Positions 9,124-23,220 of a stretch of DNA of 64,000 bases are shown here, piece by piece. The DNA comes from Planctomycetota bacterium (GTDB lineage: Bacteria; Planctomycetota; UBA11346). A program made the position numbers and the translations under genes. The stretch spans positions 287,314 through 351,313 of the forward strand of contig JBBRLJ010000001.1 in NCBI GenBank assembly GCA_038231435.1, given 5' to 3'. The number at the start of each line of letters is the position of its first letter. Position 1 is the first letter of the stretch. The notes beneath the pieces were generated by a model. The model made no database searches. It saw only the letters and a program-made list of their open reading frames with translations, and was not told the origin of the DNA.

Positions 9124-10350
9124 ATGACCATCCACCGCCAGTCGTTCGCAGTCACTTACGAGTTCGACGTGCACTTCACCCGCGACGCCTTCGCGGCGGA
9201 CAACGACTGCCTGGCCCAGGTCATGGCCCCGACCACCTCGGAGGCTCCATCCACGGTGGCCAAGCCGGCCAAGGCCGGCCGCCCGGCCCGGGCACTGGTC
9301 TACCTGGACGAGGGCGTGGTGAAGGCCCAGCCCGATCTGCCACGACGCGTGCATGCCTGGTTCGCCAATCACGAGGCGCAGGGCGTCCAGCTCGCGGCCG
9401 CGCCCGAGATCGTCGGCGGTGGCGAGGTCGCCAAGGGCGACATGGCGATCATCGACCGTGTCGGCCGCGCGGCCTTCGATCTCGGCATCTGCCGCCACTC
9501 GTACGTGGTCATCGTCGGCGGCGGCGCGGTACTCGATGCGGTCGGATGCGCCGCGTCGCTGGTGCACCGCGGGCTGCGCCAGATCCGCCTGCCCACCACC
9601 ACGCTCGGCCAGTGCGACGCCGGCCTGGGGGTCAAGAACGGCCTCAACCGCTTCGGCGCCAAGAATTTCTACGGCACCTTCACGCCGCCGCGCGCGATCA
9701 TCAACGACGCGCGTTTCCTCGAGCATCTCGACGCGCGCTCGTGGCGTGCCGGCATCAGCGAAGCGGTGAAGGTGGCGATCATCAAGGATCGCGCCTTCCT
9801 CGACGAGCTGGTCGCGACCGCCCCCCTGCTGGCCAAGCGCGACCTGCCGGCGATGGAGCGCGCGATCGCGCGCTGCGCGGCCCTGCACCTCGAGCACATC
9901 ACCGGCGCGGGCGATCCGTTCGAGCAGGGCAGTTCGCGGCCGCTCGACTTCGGCCACTGGTCGGCGCACCGCCTCGAGATCCTATCGAACCACCGACTGC
10001 TGCACGGCGAGGCCGTGGCCATCGGCGTCGCCATCGATCTGCTCTACGCGGTCGAGATCGGGCGGGTCGCGCGCGCGGACGTCGATCCCGTGCTGGGCTG
10101 CCTCGCCACCTGCGGTTTCCGCCTGTGGGACGAAGTGCTCGACCTCAAGGACGCCTCGGGCAAGCGCTCGGTGCTCGCCGGACTCGAGCAGTTCCGCGAG
10201 CATCTCGGCGGCGAGCTCACCCTGGCGATGCCGGACGGCCTCGGCCAGCGCCGCGACGTCAACGTCTTCGATCCCGCCTGCTTCGAGCGTGCGCTGCTGG
10301 CGCTGCGCCGCTGGCGCCCGCGCATCGCGGTGGAGAGCGCCCCGCGCTGA
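9124..10350 (+). CDS. eboD: 3-dehydroquinate synthase-like sugar-phosphate cyclase (EboD type)
   Basis: QSFAVTYEFDVHFT N-terminus, GGGAVLD, PTT, KNG.N, FEQGSSRPLDFGHWSAH, HGEAVAIG. Confidence 0.8.
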   Translation: MTIHRQSFAVTYEFDVHFTRDAFAADNDCLAQVMAPTTSEAPSTVAKPAKAGRPARALVYLDEGVVKAQPDLPRRVHAWFANHEAQGVQLAAAPEIVGGGEVAKGDMAIIDRVGRAAFDLGICRHSYVVIVGGGAVLDAVGCAASLVHRGLRQIRLPTTTLGQCDAGLGVKNGLNRFGAKNFYGTFTPPRAIINDARFLEHLDARSWRAGISEAVKVAIIKDRAFLDELVATAPLLAKRDLPAMERAIARCAALHLEHITGAGDPFEQGSSRPLDFGHWSAHRLEILSNHRLLHGEAVAIGVAIDLLYAVEIGRVARADVDPVLGCLATCGFRLWDEVLDLKDASGKRSVLAGLEQFREHLGGELTLAMPDGLGQRRDVNVFDPACFERALLALRRWRPRIAVESAPR

Positions 10351-10424
10351 TCCGACGTGACTCACCGCCGCCGGTCCCACGAATCGCTGGTTTTCCCGCG
10401 CCGTCCGCTGGCATCCTCCGCGCC

Positions 10425-11912
10425 ATGTGCACGCATCCACACTTCGCCACCGCCAGGGTCGCCGCCGCCATCGTGAGCGCGATCGCGCTGATGTTGCCGC
10501 TCGGCGCGGCCGTCGCCGCCGACTCGCTGTCCGATCGCGTCAACGCGCGCGCCCAGGCCTATGAACAGGGGCTGGTCAAACCCTTCGAGGCGGTGCTGCC
10601 GCAACTCGAGAAGTGGCTCGACCAGCAGCGCCAAGGGGCGCTCGGCGGCATGCGCGCGCTGATGGGCTCAGCCAAGGACAGCGACAAGCTGTTCGTCGCC
10701 TACCACGTGTTGCGCGTCGACCCGAAGGACCAGGCCGCGCGCGCGGCATTCGCCGAGGCCAAGGCCGAGGTGCCCTTCGACGACAAGGGGACCGAGACCG
10801 GCTCGTTCACGGTCGCGAAGGCGGTCGACCCGGATCTGGTCGAGCACGTCGCCGGGCTCGAATACCCGGCCTTCGAGATCGTGCGCGACATCGTGGCGGT
10901 GAAATCGCCGCTGGTCGCGTCGTACTGGGACGCCCAGGGGGAGGCGCTGAAGGCGCTGAAGACCGACATGCTGACGCTCAAGGACGAAGGCCAGCCAGAC
11001 CTGGTGTTCCAGCAGCTCGCCTACTACTACCCCGATGCCCGCGAAGTCGGCAAGTGGTACAAATCGAAGGCCAAGAGCGTGCCCCGGCAGCGCTGGTGGA
11101 TCGACCACGTCGACCAGTATCTGCTCGATCACGAGCTGGCCGGCCTCGACGGCCTGACGGTGAAACCAAAATCAGGCGCGCTACCGACGAAGGCCGCCAC
11201 TGGCGGCGGCAGCATCGTGGCGGCGGCGTCGTGGAGCTTCCCGACGGTGCGCAACTGCCGCTTCGAGACGGTGTTCTCGACCACCGGCCTGAACCTGCCC
11301 TCGTTCACCATCTCGGACGACGTGGGCGGCGGGGTCATGGTGATCGCCACCAGCAAGCAGGACGTCCAGGCGATGTCCCTGCCGCTGCACAAGGTGCTCG
11401 GGAAGGCCGCTCTCGCCGCCGATTTCACCGCCGCCTCGGTGCCGCTCGAGGTCGAAGTCCGCGACAAGCGCCTGATCATCTCAGTCGGCGGATTGCCCGC
11501 GATCGCCACCGACCTGCCGACCGGCTTCGCGTTCAGCAAGCTGTCGGTCGAGGGCCGCGGCATGCGCGCCCGCGCGCTGCGCGTGCGCTTCCTCGGTGCC
11601 GCCCGCGCGGACGCCGCTGCGGTTGCCGTGGCCAAGCCACCGGAATGGCCTGCCGAGCGCCGCAAGGAGCTCGAGAAGCCGGTGACGGTATCGTTCAACG
11701 ACACCGCGGTCGACGAAGCCATAACCCTGCTCAGCCGGCTCAGCGGCGTGAAGATCACCCTCGACGAATCAGGCGCCCTGCTCAAGGACCTGCCGGTGAC
11801 CCTCGTCGCCAAGGACATGAGCCTGGGCAGCACCCTGCAGTGCCTCGAACGCCAGAGCGACCTCCACGCCACGCCGACGGCGGACGGGATCGTCCTCTCC
11901 TGGAAGAAATAA
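10425..11912 (+). CDS. Secreted hypothetical protein with C-terminal STN/secretin-N0-like domain
   Basis: Signal peptide; C-terminal LEKPVTVSFNDTAVDEAITLLSRLSGVKITLD...PVTL...MSLGSTL pattern. Confidence 0.72.
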   Translation: MCTHPHFATARVAAAIVSAIALMLPLGAAVAADSLSDRVNARAQAYEQGLVKPFEAVLPQLEKWLDQQRQGALGGMRALMGSAKDSDKLFVAYHVLRVDPKDQAARAAFAEAKAEVPFDDKGTETGSFTVAKAVDPDLVEHVAGLEYPAFEIVRDIVAVKSPLVASYWDAQGEALKALKTDMLTLKDEGQPDLVFQQLAYYYPDAREVGKWYKSKAKSVPRQRWWIDHVDQYLLDHELAGLDGLTVKPKSGALPTKAATGGGSIVAAASWSFPTVRNCRFETVFSTTGLNLPSFTISDDVGGGVMVIATSKQDVQAMSLPLHKVLGKAALAADFTAASVPLEVEVRDKRLIISVGGLPAIATDLPTGFAFSKLSVEGRGMRARALRVRFLGAARADAAAVAVAKPPEWPAERRKELEKPVTVSFNDTAVDEAITLLSRLSGVKITLDESGALLKDLPVTLVAKDMSLGSTLQCLERQSDLHATPTADGIVLSWKK

Positions 11913-11957
11913 GGGGCAGCGACGCGAGCGTCCAAGACGCGTTGTATTGACAATATC

Positions 11958-12105
11958 TCGAGCAGCGCGCAGCGCCGTGCTCCAACCTCACCCTGCTCCA
12001 TGCCTCCTGGGGGCAGCGCAGAGCGCGATGTTGGGGGAGAATCGCGCAGCGATTCTTCGGATGCCCTTTGGGGCATCCGCCGCCCGGAGGGCGTAGCCCC
12101 CCAAC
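11958..12105 (+). repeat. Palindromic element family A, long form
   Basis: Family A core plus inserted hairpins GAATCGCGCAGCGATTC and GGATGCCCTTTGGGGCATCC. Confidence 0.88.
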
Positions 12106-12112
12106 TGAAAAT

Positions 12113-13306
12113 CTAACGGCGGAAGCGACGCCGACGCCTGACGCGCTTCTTCGGCATCAGCGGTACCGTCGAACGTGCCTTCGACATCGCCAGCTGGTCC
12201 ATGCGCGTGACCACTTCCTGGGCATTGGCGGGGCGCTTGTCAGGGCTCTTCTCGAGCAGCTTGACGATGATCTCGACCATCGGCGCGGTCAGCTTCGGCG
12301 CCAGCTTGCGCAGGTCCGGGATCGGCTCGTTGATGTGCGCGGCGACGATCTGCCGGCTGGTGCCGCTGAACACCGGCTCGCCGGTGGCGAGGTGCCAAGC
12401 GGAGGCACCGAGCGCGTAGAGATCGGCGCGCGCATCGATGGTGCCGCCCTTGGCCTGCTCGGGCGCGACGTAGTGCGGGCTGCCGAAGATGCGTTCCTGC
12501 CTGGCCTGGCCATCGGCGGCGATGGGCGTGGCGATGCCGAGGTCGGCGAGCTTGTAGACGCCTTCCTCGTTGATCAGGATGTTGTCCGGCTTGACGTCAC
12601 GGTGCACCAGGCGCTGGCTCTCGGCATAGGCCAGGGCCTTGGCAATGTCGCGCATGACCTTCAGCAGCTCGTTCTCGTCGTACGGGCCCTCGTCGCGCAG
12701 GATGTCGCCAGCGCTCTGGGCCATCAACTCCATGATCAGCAGGTACTGGTCATCAACCTGGCAGACGTCGTGGACCTGCACCAGATTCGGATGGTTGAGT
12801 CGGCCGGCGCGGCGCGCCTCGACCAGGAAGGCCTGCACGCGCTCGGGATCCTTGCGACAGTCCTCGGACAGCACCTTCACGGCGACAGCGCGGCCGAGCG
12901 CGATCTGCAGCCCGCGGTAGACGGTGCCGTAGTGGCCCTTGCCCACCGCCTCCTGGAGCTCGAAGCCACCGAGGCGGGTGCCCTCGAGCGGATCCGGGTC
13001 GCCCTCGACGACCTCCTCGAGGGTGAACTGGGTGGTGCCCAGGCGCAGGGTGTCCCCGGGCTTGAACACGCCCTTGGAGATGCGCTGGCCGTTGAGCCAG
13101 GTGCCGTTGCGGCTGGCCAGATCCTCGACGGCGAGGCCGCCCTCGATCAGCGAGAGCTTGCTGTGCGCGCGGCTGATCTGGGTGTCCGGGATGACGATCT
13201 GCGAGAATTCGGAGTCGCGCCCGATGACGCTCGGCATCTTGGTGTTGCCGAGGTCGACCTCCTTGGGCTGGCCGTCGATGGTGCGGATGATGAGCGTGAA
13301 GGTCAC
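12113..13306 (-). CDS. FHA-domain Ser/Thr protein kinase
   Basis: FHA motifs (IGR, SRAH, SRNGTWLNG) followed by kinase motifs (GKGHYG, VAVK, HRDVKPDN, DLG, APE); GTG start inferred. Confidence 0.92.
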   Translation of the reverse strand: MTFTLIIRTIDGQPKEVDLGNTKMPSVIGRDSEFSQIVIPDTQISRAHSKLSLIEGGLAVEDLASRNGTWLNGQRISKGVFKPGDTLRLGTTQFTLEEVVEGDPDPLEGTRLGGFELQEAVGKGHYGTVYRGLQIALGRAVAVKVLSEDCRKDPERVQAFLVEARRAGRLNHPNLVQVHDVCQVDDQYLLIMELMAQSAGDILRDEGPYDENELLKVMRDIAKALAYAESQRLVHRDVKPDNILINEEGVYKLADLGIATPIAADGQARQERIFGSPHYVAPEQAKGGTIDARADLYALGASAWHLATGEPVFSGTSRQIVAAHINEPIPDLRKLAPKLTAPMVEIIVKLLEKSPDKRPANAQEVVTRMDQLAMSKARSTVPLMPKKRVRRRRRFRR

Positions 13307-13473
13307 GGCAGGGTGGGACGAGGGTATGGGCGGCCACGGGGGCGACAATGGCTCAGACTCGGACTGGACAGTTCCTGTCCCCTCTCTACCTCGTGAGCCC
13401 TGGCCCCTCGGGCACAGTCCCTTTTTCCGGGCTTCCGGGCCCATACCCTCTGCGCCCTACCCGTGATTCTTGA

Positions 13474-16084
<2,611 letters not shown>

Positions 16085-16085
<1 letters not shown>

Positions 16086-16834
16086 TGATCGCGCGCGCGA
16101 TCGGCCATCCCGGAGCGGATCCCGTGCTGGATCGCGTGAGCCGCCGCTCAGCGGCCGCGTCGATCGTCATCCACGGAGCCTTGGCCCTGATCGCGCTCGC
16201 GCCCGGCATCACCGCGATCGTCCGTCACGATGCCGATCCGGAAACACCACCGCCGGTAGCGGCGCAGCCGCAGCGACTGGTGCTGGCGCCGGCCGCGGTG
16301 CCCCAGCCGCCACCCCTGCCGCCGCTCGCCGCGGCAGCACTGCCCGGCTTCACCGACACCGGCGCCGAGCCCTTCAAGGCCGAGGTGGCGGTGCCGCGCA
16401 ATACCGACCGTCCGGGCGTCGACCGCAGCCGCGGGGACGACGGCAGCACCAGCGCGCCGGTGAACCTGCCCAAGGCCGCGTCCGACCCGCTGACCCAGGC
16501 CGCGCGGCTCGACGGCAAGCGCTGGACCGAAAAGGAGCTCACCGGCGAGCAGAAGCGCGTCGCCGACGCCGCCAACCTGCTTGAGATCCTCATGCACGCC
16601 GAGTACCGCGCCGATTGGTACCGGTCGCGGACAGCGATCACCAAGCCGACGCTCTACCTGCGCGTGCAGGTGGATGCCCGCGGTCGCCTCGTCGCCGGAA
16701 CGCGTCTGACGTCCACAGGTTCCACAGCGCTCGACGAGTCCATCGATCGCTGGCTGCGCCAGGAGCAGGGACCGATAGGATTACCCAACATCGCCCCGGG
16801 GGTCATGCACGTGTTCCAGGTCTCGTTGTGGTGA
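16085..16834 (+). CDS. TonB/TolA-like protein (TM helix, Pro-rich linker, TonB-C-like domain)
   Basis: SIVIHG in the TM helix; RVQVDARGRL...STGSTALDESI resembles TonB-C. Confidence 0.65.
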
Positions 16835-17853
16835 CGATCCATGATGACGAGCGCTCGCCCCGATTCCTGAATTGGGTGGGGTGGTCATTCACGATCGGGC
16901 GTATCGGAGGCGTCTCTTTCCGCATCAGCTGGACACTTCTGGTGATGATGGTGTTCGGAGCGGTCGGCTTCGTGCGCTCCTCGATGCCGCAGTTCATACC
17001 GCTCGCGATAATAATCCCTTTCGCAGTGGTCTTCGCGCACGCCTGGGGGCAGGTCATCATGTCCCGGCTGGTCGGTGGCAATACCGAGCACAGCGTGTTG
17101 TGGGCCCTCGGTTCGCAGAGCTCCCTACGCATCCCCGTGCGGCCCGGCCCGCAATTCGCCACCGCGATGTCAGGCATCGTCGTCTGCCTGGTGATCTGGC
17201 TGGTCTGCGAACTGAGCGTACGCGCGCTGATCCCACACTGGCAGTGGACTCCCGAATACCTCAACGGCTCAGTCCGCGGAGGCATCCTCGGCTCCGCTGC
17301 CGGCTTCATCGGCGCCGCTCTGGGCTATATGGCTATGATGAGCTTCGGAGTGATGCTGTGGAATCTCATACCGAGCATGTTCTTCGATGGTGGACGGCTA
17401 TGGCGCGCTGCCTTGTGGCCGATGCTCGGCCTGCGGCGAGCAGTACGCGTGACCATCGCCGGAGGCTTCGTCTCGTCGGCCGGCATCATCGTGCTGGCCA
17501 TCATGGGCGTGGACATGCTCTTCCTGGTCTTCGGCCTGATGATGCTGTTCGCGACCATCTTCGAGCACCGCTCGGTGCAGGGCGGATATGATCCGGTGCT
17601 CGAGACCGAGCCGGGCTATGTCTCGTCACGTCCGTCGCGGCCATCCTGGTTCGGCCGCTGGCGCGAACGCCGGCGAGAGGCTCGCGAGCAGCGCATCGAG
17701 CAGGAAGAGGCGCGTGAGCAGGAGATCCTCGATCGCCTGCTGGTGAAGGTCTCCGAGCACGGCCTGCCCTCGCTCACCGCCCAGGAGCGCGACACCCTGC
17801 AGGCGATTTCGAAGAAGCAGAAACAGCGCGTGGAGAGCCTGGATCGGGCCTGA
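16831..17853 (+). CDS. M50 site-2-protease-like membrane protein, degenerate active site, C-terminal DUF6576-like helix
   Basis: IGRIGGVSFRISW, NLIP...DGGR, LDRLLVKVSEHGLPSLT.QE; the HExxH position reads HAWGQ; GTGA overlap. Confidence 0.8.
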   Translation: MTIHDDERSPRFLNWVGWSFTIGRIGGVSFRISWTLLVMMVFGAVGFVRSSMPQFIPLAIIIPFAVVFAHAWGQVIMSRLVGGNTEHSVLWALGSQSSLRIPVRPGPQFATAMSGIVVCLVIWLVCELSVRALIPHWQWTPEYLNGSVRGGILGSAAGFIGAALGYMAMMSFGVMLWNLIPSMFFDGGRLWRAALWPMLGLRRAVRVTIAGGFVSSAGIIVLAIMGVDMLFLVFGLMMLFATIFEHRSVQGGYDPVLETEPGYVSSRPSRPSWFGRWRERRREAREQRIEQEEAREQEILDRLLVKVSEHGLPSLTAQERDTLQAISKKQKQRVESLDRA

Positions 17854-18002
17854 GAACGTTCCTCGTCGCGGCCTCCAGCGTCGACGGCAGGACTATCATC
17901 ACCGTACTCGCCAGCCGCGCTCCGCGGTCGCCATGGCTGTTCAGCGGCGGACCGCACACCACGGACCGCTGGCCTCAACTGTCTTGCTTCTTTCCCCCGA
18001 TC

Positions 18003-19946
<1,944 letters not shown>

Positions 19947-20009
19947 GGAGTGTTTGATGGGTGGTTGGGAAGACACTCTCTTCCTCACTCCAAACACCAC
20001 GCACTCTCT

Positions 20010-20918
20010 TCACACCAGCATCGCGCCGATCATCACCGCGATCCACGAGGCCGCTGCGGCGAGCATCCACGGGTCGCGGGCCAGCAGCCGCTCCGGCTCC
20101 CCTCCCGCGCCGTCGGTGACCACCAGGCGCGTGTAGCGCCAGATGCCGAGGAACACCGGCAGCACCGACAGCATCAGCGCCGGGTGCGCCACCGCCGTGG
20201 GCGAGCGTGTGGCCGCGACCGCATAGCAGGCGATGGTGGCCGCGCCGACCGCGGTCAGCACCCGCCGCCAGCCCGGCGCGGCGTAGGCGCGCAGCACGAT
20301 GCGGTGGACCTTCGCGGTCTCGGTGAGCAGGCGCGCCTCGCTCAGGCGCTTGCCCAAGGCGAGCAGCAGCGCGAGGCAGCCGACCGACGACAGGAACAAC
20401 GGCGAGATCTCGGCGTCGATCGCCACCACGCCGGCGATGGCGCGCAGCACGAAGACGCCGGCAATCACCAGGATGTCCACGCCGACGGCATGCTTGAACG
20501 CCAGCGAATAGGCGAGCGTGATCACCAGGTAGGCCGCCAGCACCAGGCCCAGGCCGTGCGAGAGCCACGAGCCGCCCACCAACGCCACCGCTGCGAGTGC
20601 GAGTGCGACGCTGGCCGCCGCCGCGACGCCGATGCGGCCCGAGGCGATCGGCCTGAGGCGCTTGCGCGGATGCAGCCGGTCTCGCCGGGCATCGAGGCTG
20701 TCGTTGATGAGGTAGCCGGCCGACGCGGCGAGCTGGAACAGCGCCGCCGCCGCCAGCGCGAGGCCCACCTGCGCCGCATGCGCGAAGGCGCCGGTCGGCA
20801 GCAGGCCGACCAGCACCACCGCGCCCTTTGGCCAGTGGTGCAGGCGCAGCGCCGCCGCCCACGCGGAGACCGCGCCGCGCGAGGGCTCGATGGCGGCGAT
20901 GGCGCTGGATGCCGACAT
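20010..20918 (-). CDS. UbiA-family prenyltransferase, decaprenyl-phosphate phosphoribosyltransferase-like
   Basis: LRLHHWPK, YLINDSLDARRDRLHPRKRLRPIASG, AYSLAFK, GKRLSE; multiple TM helices. Confidence 0.85.
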   Translation of the reverse strand: MSASSAIAAIEPSRGAVSAWAAALRLHHWPKGAVVLVGLLPTGAFAHAAQVGLALAAAALFQLAASAGYLINDSLDARRDRLHPRKRLRPIASGRIGVAAAASVALALAAVALVGGSWLSHGLGLVLAAYLVITLAYSLAFKHAVGVDILVIAGVFVLRAIAGVVAIDAEISPLFLSSVGCLALLLALGKRLSEARLLTETAKVHRIVLRAYAAPGWRRVLTAVGAATIACYAVAATRSPTAVAHPALMLSVLPVFLGIWRYTRLVVTDGAGGEPERLLARDPWMLAAAASWIAVMIGAMLV

Positions 20919-20931
20919 CACGGCATGGTGG

Positions 20932-21022
20932 GTGGAGAGCGGGGAGCGGAAAGCGGAAAGCAGAGAAGAAAGAAGAAAGAAGAGGGAAGAGGGAAGAGGG
21001 AAGAGGGAAGACCAAAGGAAGA
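20932..21022. repeat. Purine-rich heptamer tandem array (13 units)
   Basis: GTGGAGA GCGGGGA GCGGAAA x2 GCAGAGA AGAAAGA x2 AGAGGGA x4 AGACCAA AGGAAGA. Confidence 0.9.
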
Positions 21023-21113
21023 AGGTACCCGCTTCCGCTACTCTCTTCCATCTTTCCCTCCTCCGCGTCGTCGTCCGGCTTGCCCCCGCCAGACGGCCTC
21101 CACGATCACGTCC

Positions 21114-22244
21114 ATGCCCGTCCCACCGCTCGTCGACGCGCTGGTGGTCGGAGCGGGCTTCGCGGGCGCGGTAATGGCCGAGCGGCTGGCCTCCGCCGGG
21201 CGCACGGTGCTGGTCATCGACCGGCGGGAGCACATCGGCGGCAACGCCTTCGATGAGCGTGACGCGCACGGGCTGACCGTGCACCGCTATGGTCCTCACA
21301 TCTTCCACACCAATGCACCCGAGATCGTCGCGTACCTGTCGCGTTTCACCGCCTGGCGTCCATATGAGCACCGCGTCCGCGCCGAGCACCGTGGCATGCT
21401 GTTCCCGATCCCGGTGAATCTCGAGACGCTCGAACGCTTCTTCGGACTGACGCTCGACGCCGCCTCGGGCGCGCAGCTGCTTGCGCGCCTGCGCGTTCCA
21501 ACCAGAACGCCGAGCGACGGAAAGCCCCGCACCAGCCGCGACGTGGTGCTCGAGGCCATCGGGCCCGAGCTCTACGAGGCGTTCTTCCGCGGCTACACCC
21601 GCAAGCAGTGGGGCCGCGATCCCGACCAGCTCGACGCCCAGGTCACCGCGCGCATCCCGGTGCGCACCGATCGCGACGACCGCTATTTCACCGATCGCCA
21701 TCAAGCCATGCCGGCCGAGGGCTACGCCGCCATGTTCCGCCGGGTGCTCGACCATCCGCGCATCCGCGTCGAGACCGCGACCGCGTACGATCCGCACCGC
21801 CATCGCGCGATGGCGCGGCACCTGGTATGGTCGGGGCCGATCGATGAATTCTATGGCCACCGCTTCGGAAGGCTGCCCTACCGTTCGCTGCGCTTCGAGC
21901 ACAGTCACATCGGTGGCACCGAGCGCTTCCAGCCGATCGGCACGGTCAATCATCCCGATGAGGCGGTGCCGTTCACCCGCGTCACCGAATTCAAGCACCT
22001 CACTGGCGAAACCGCGGCCGGCACCTCGATCGTGCGCGAATTCCCCCTCTCTGAGGGCGATCCCTACTACCCGATCCCGGCGCCAGACACGCGCGAGCTC
22101 TACCTGCGCTACCAGGCGCTCGCCGACGCCGAAACCGACACCACCTTCGTCGGCCGGCTCGCGCAGTACCGCTACTTCAACATGGACCAGGTGGTGGCTG
22201 CCGCGCTCACGCGCGCCGGACAACTGGTGGGCGCCGACGCATGA
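21114..22244 (+). CDS. glf: UDP-galactopyranose mutase
   Basis: GAGFAG, HIGGN, YGPHIFHTN, YTRKQWG, DDRYF, PYYP, GRLAQYRYFNMDQ. Confidence 0.96.
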   Translation: MPVPPLVDALVVGAGFAGAVMAERLASAGRTVLVIDRREHIGGNAFDERDAHGLTVHRYGPHIFHTNAPEIVAYLSRFTAWRPYEHRVRAEHRGMLFPIPVNLETLERFFGLTLDAASGAQLLARLRVPTRTPSDGKPRTSRDVVLEAIGPELYEAFFRGYTRKQWGRDPDQLDAQVTARIPVRTDRDDRYFTDRHQAMPAEGYAAMFRRVLDHPRIRVETATAYDPHRHRAMARHLVWSGPIDEFYGHRFGRLPYRSLRFEHSHIGGTERFQPIGTVNHPDEAVPFTRVTEFKHLTGETAAGTSIVREFPLSEGDPYYPIPAPDTRELYLRYQALADAETDTTFVGRLAQYRYFNMDQVVAAALTRAGQLVGADA

Positions 22245-23218
22245 CCTCGGCCACTCCACGCAACCAGTCACAAGAGAGTCCACAGGACCATCCACGAGCG
22301 GATGAACGCGTCATCGCCGTGGTCGTCACCCATGACCGCCGTGAGCTGCTGGCGCGCTGCCTGCGCGCGATCGCGCGCCAGACCACCCGTCCGCACCTGG
22401 TGCTGGTGATCGACAACGCCTCGACGGACGGCACCGCGGCATGGCTGGCCGAGGCCGCCGCGGGCGATCGCCGGCTGCGCCCGCTCCACTCGCGGCTGAA
22501 CGCGGGTGGCGCCGGCGGTTTCCACCTGGGCATGCGCGCCGCCCTGGCCCTTGGCGCCGCCTGGTTGTGGCTGATGGACGACGATGGCCAGCCACTGCCG
22601 GAGACTCTGGCCCTGCAGCTGGCGCATGCCCGACGCGACCACCTGGACATGTGCGGTCCGCTGGTGCTCGATGAACTCGATCCGACGCGGCTCGCCTTCG
22701 CGCTGAGGAAGCGCTGGACCATCGAGGGCGTGGCGCCACTCGAGCGCGGCGGACTGGTGTGGGGCGAGACCGCGCCGTTCAACGGCACGCTGCTCAGGCG
22801 ATCACTGGTCGAGCGCATCGGCACCGTCGAGCCACGCTTCTTCCTGTGGGGCGACGAAGTCGACTACCAGCTGCGTGCACTGCGCGCCGGCGCGCGCGTG
22901 GCGACAGTGGTGCCGGCGCGCTTCCTGCATCCGCGCCGCGACCGCGACCGTCAGCCGATCCTGGGCGGGAGACTCGGTGAGATCGCCACCCGCCCGCCCG
23001 CGCTCGCGCCGCGCTACTGGCGCAATCTCGGCGTGCTCGACCGCGCGCACCGCTGGGCGCGTTCGCCGGCGAAGACCTGGCTGCAGCACGCGGCCTGGCT
23101 GCTGGCGCGGCGGCGCCCGGCGTGGAGCGAGTGGTGGCGTTTCACCCGTGCGTACCGGGCCGGAGCGCGCTGCGGCTGGCCGCGTCCTGGCCCCGTGGCC
23201 CAGCGCGCTACGCTCTGA
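22241..23218 (+). CDS. GT2 glycosyltransferase, galactofuranosyltransferase GlfT1-like
   Basis: AVVVTHDR, DNASTDGT, NAGGAGGF, WLWLMDDD, FLWGDEVDY; coupled to glf. Confidence 0.85.
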   Translation: MTSATPRNQSQESPQDHPRADERVIAVVVTHDRRELLARCLRAIARQTTRPHLVLVIDNASTDGTAAWLAEAAAGDRRLRPLHSRLNAGGAGGFHLGMRAALALGAAWLWLMDDDGQPLPETLALQLAHARRDHLDMCGPLVLDELDPTRLAFALRKRWTIEGVAPLERGGLVWGETAPFNGTLLRRSLVERIGTVEPRFFLWGDEVDYQLRALRAGARVATVVPARFLHPRRDRDRQPILGGRLGEIATRPPALAPRYWRNLGVLDRAHRWARSPAKTWLQHAAWLLARRRPAWSEWWRFTRAYRAGARCGWPRPGPVAQRATL

Positions 23219-23220
23219 CC

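Noticed and set aside
9078..10424. Apparent 944-aa ORF with an Arg-rich N-terminus
   Set aside because: The first ~449 codons are an alternate frame over eboD; the real protein starts at 10425 with a signal peptide.
19950..22295. Apparent 764-aa and 761-aa ORFs spanning ubiA and glf on both strands
   Set aside because: Stop-free read-through of each gene's antisense frame and the heptamer array; the real genes are divergent from 20918 and 21114.
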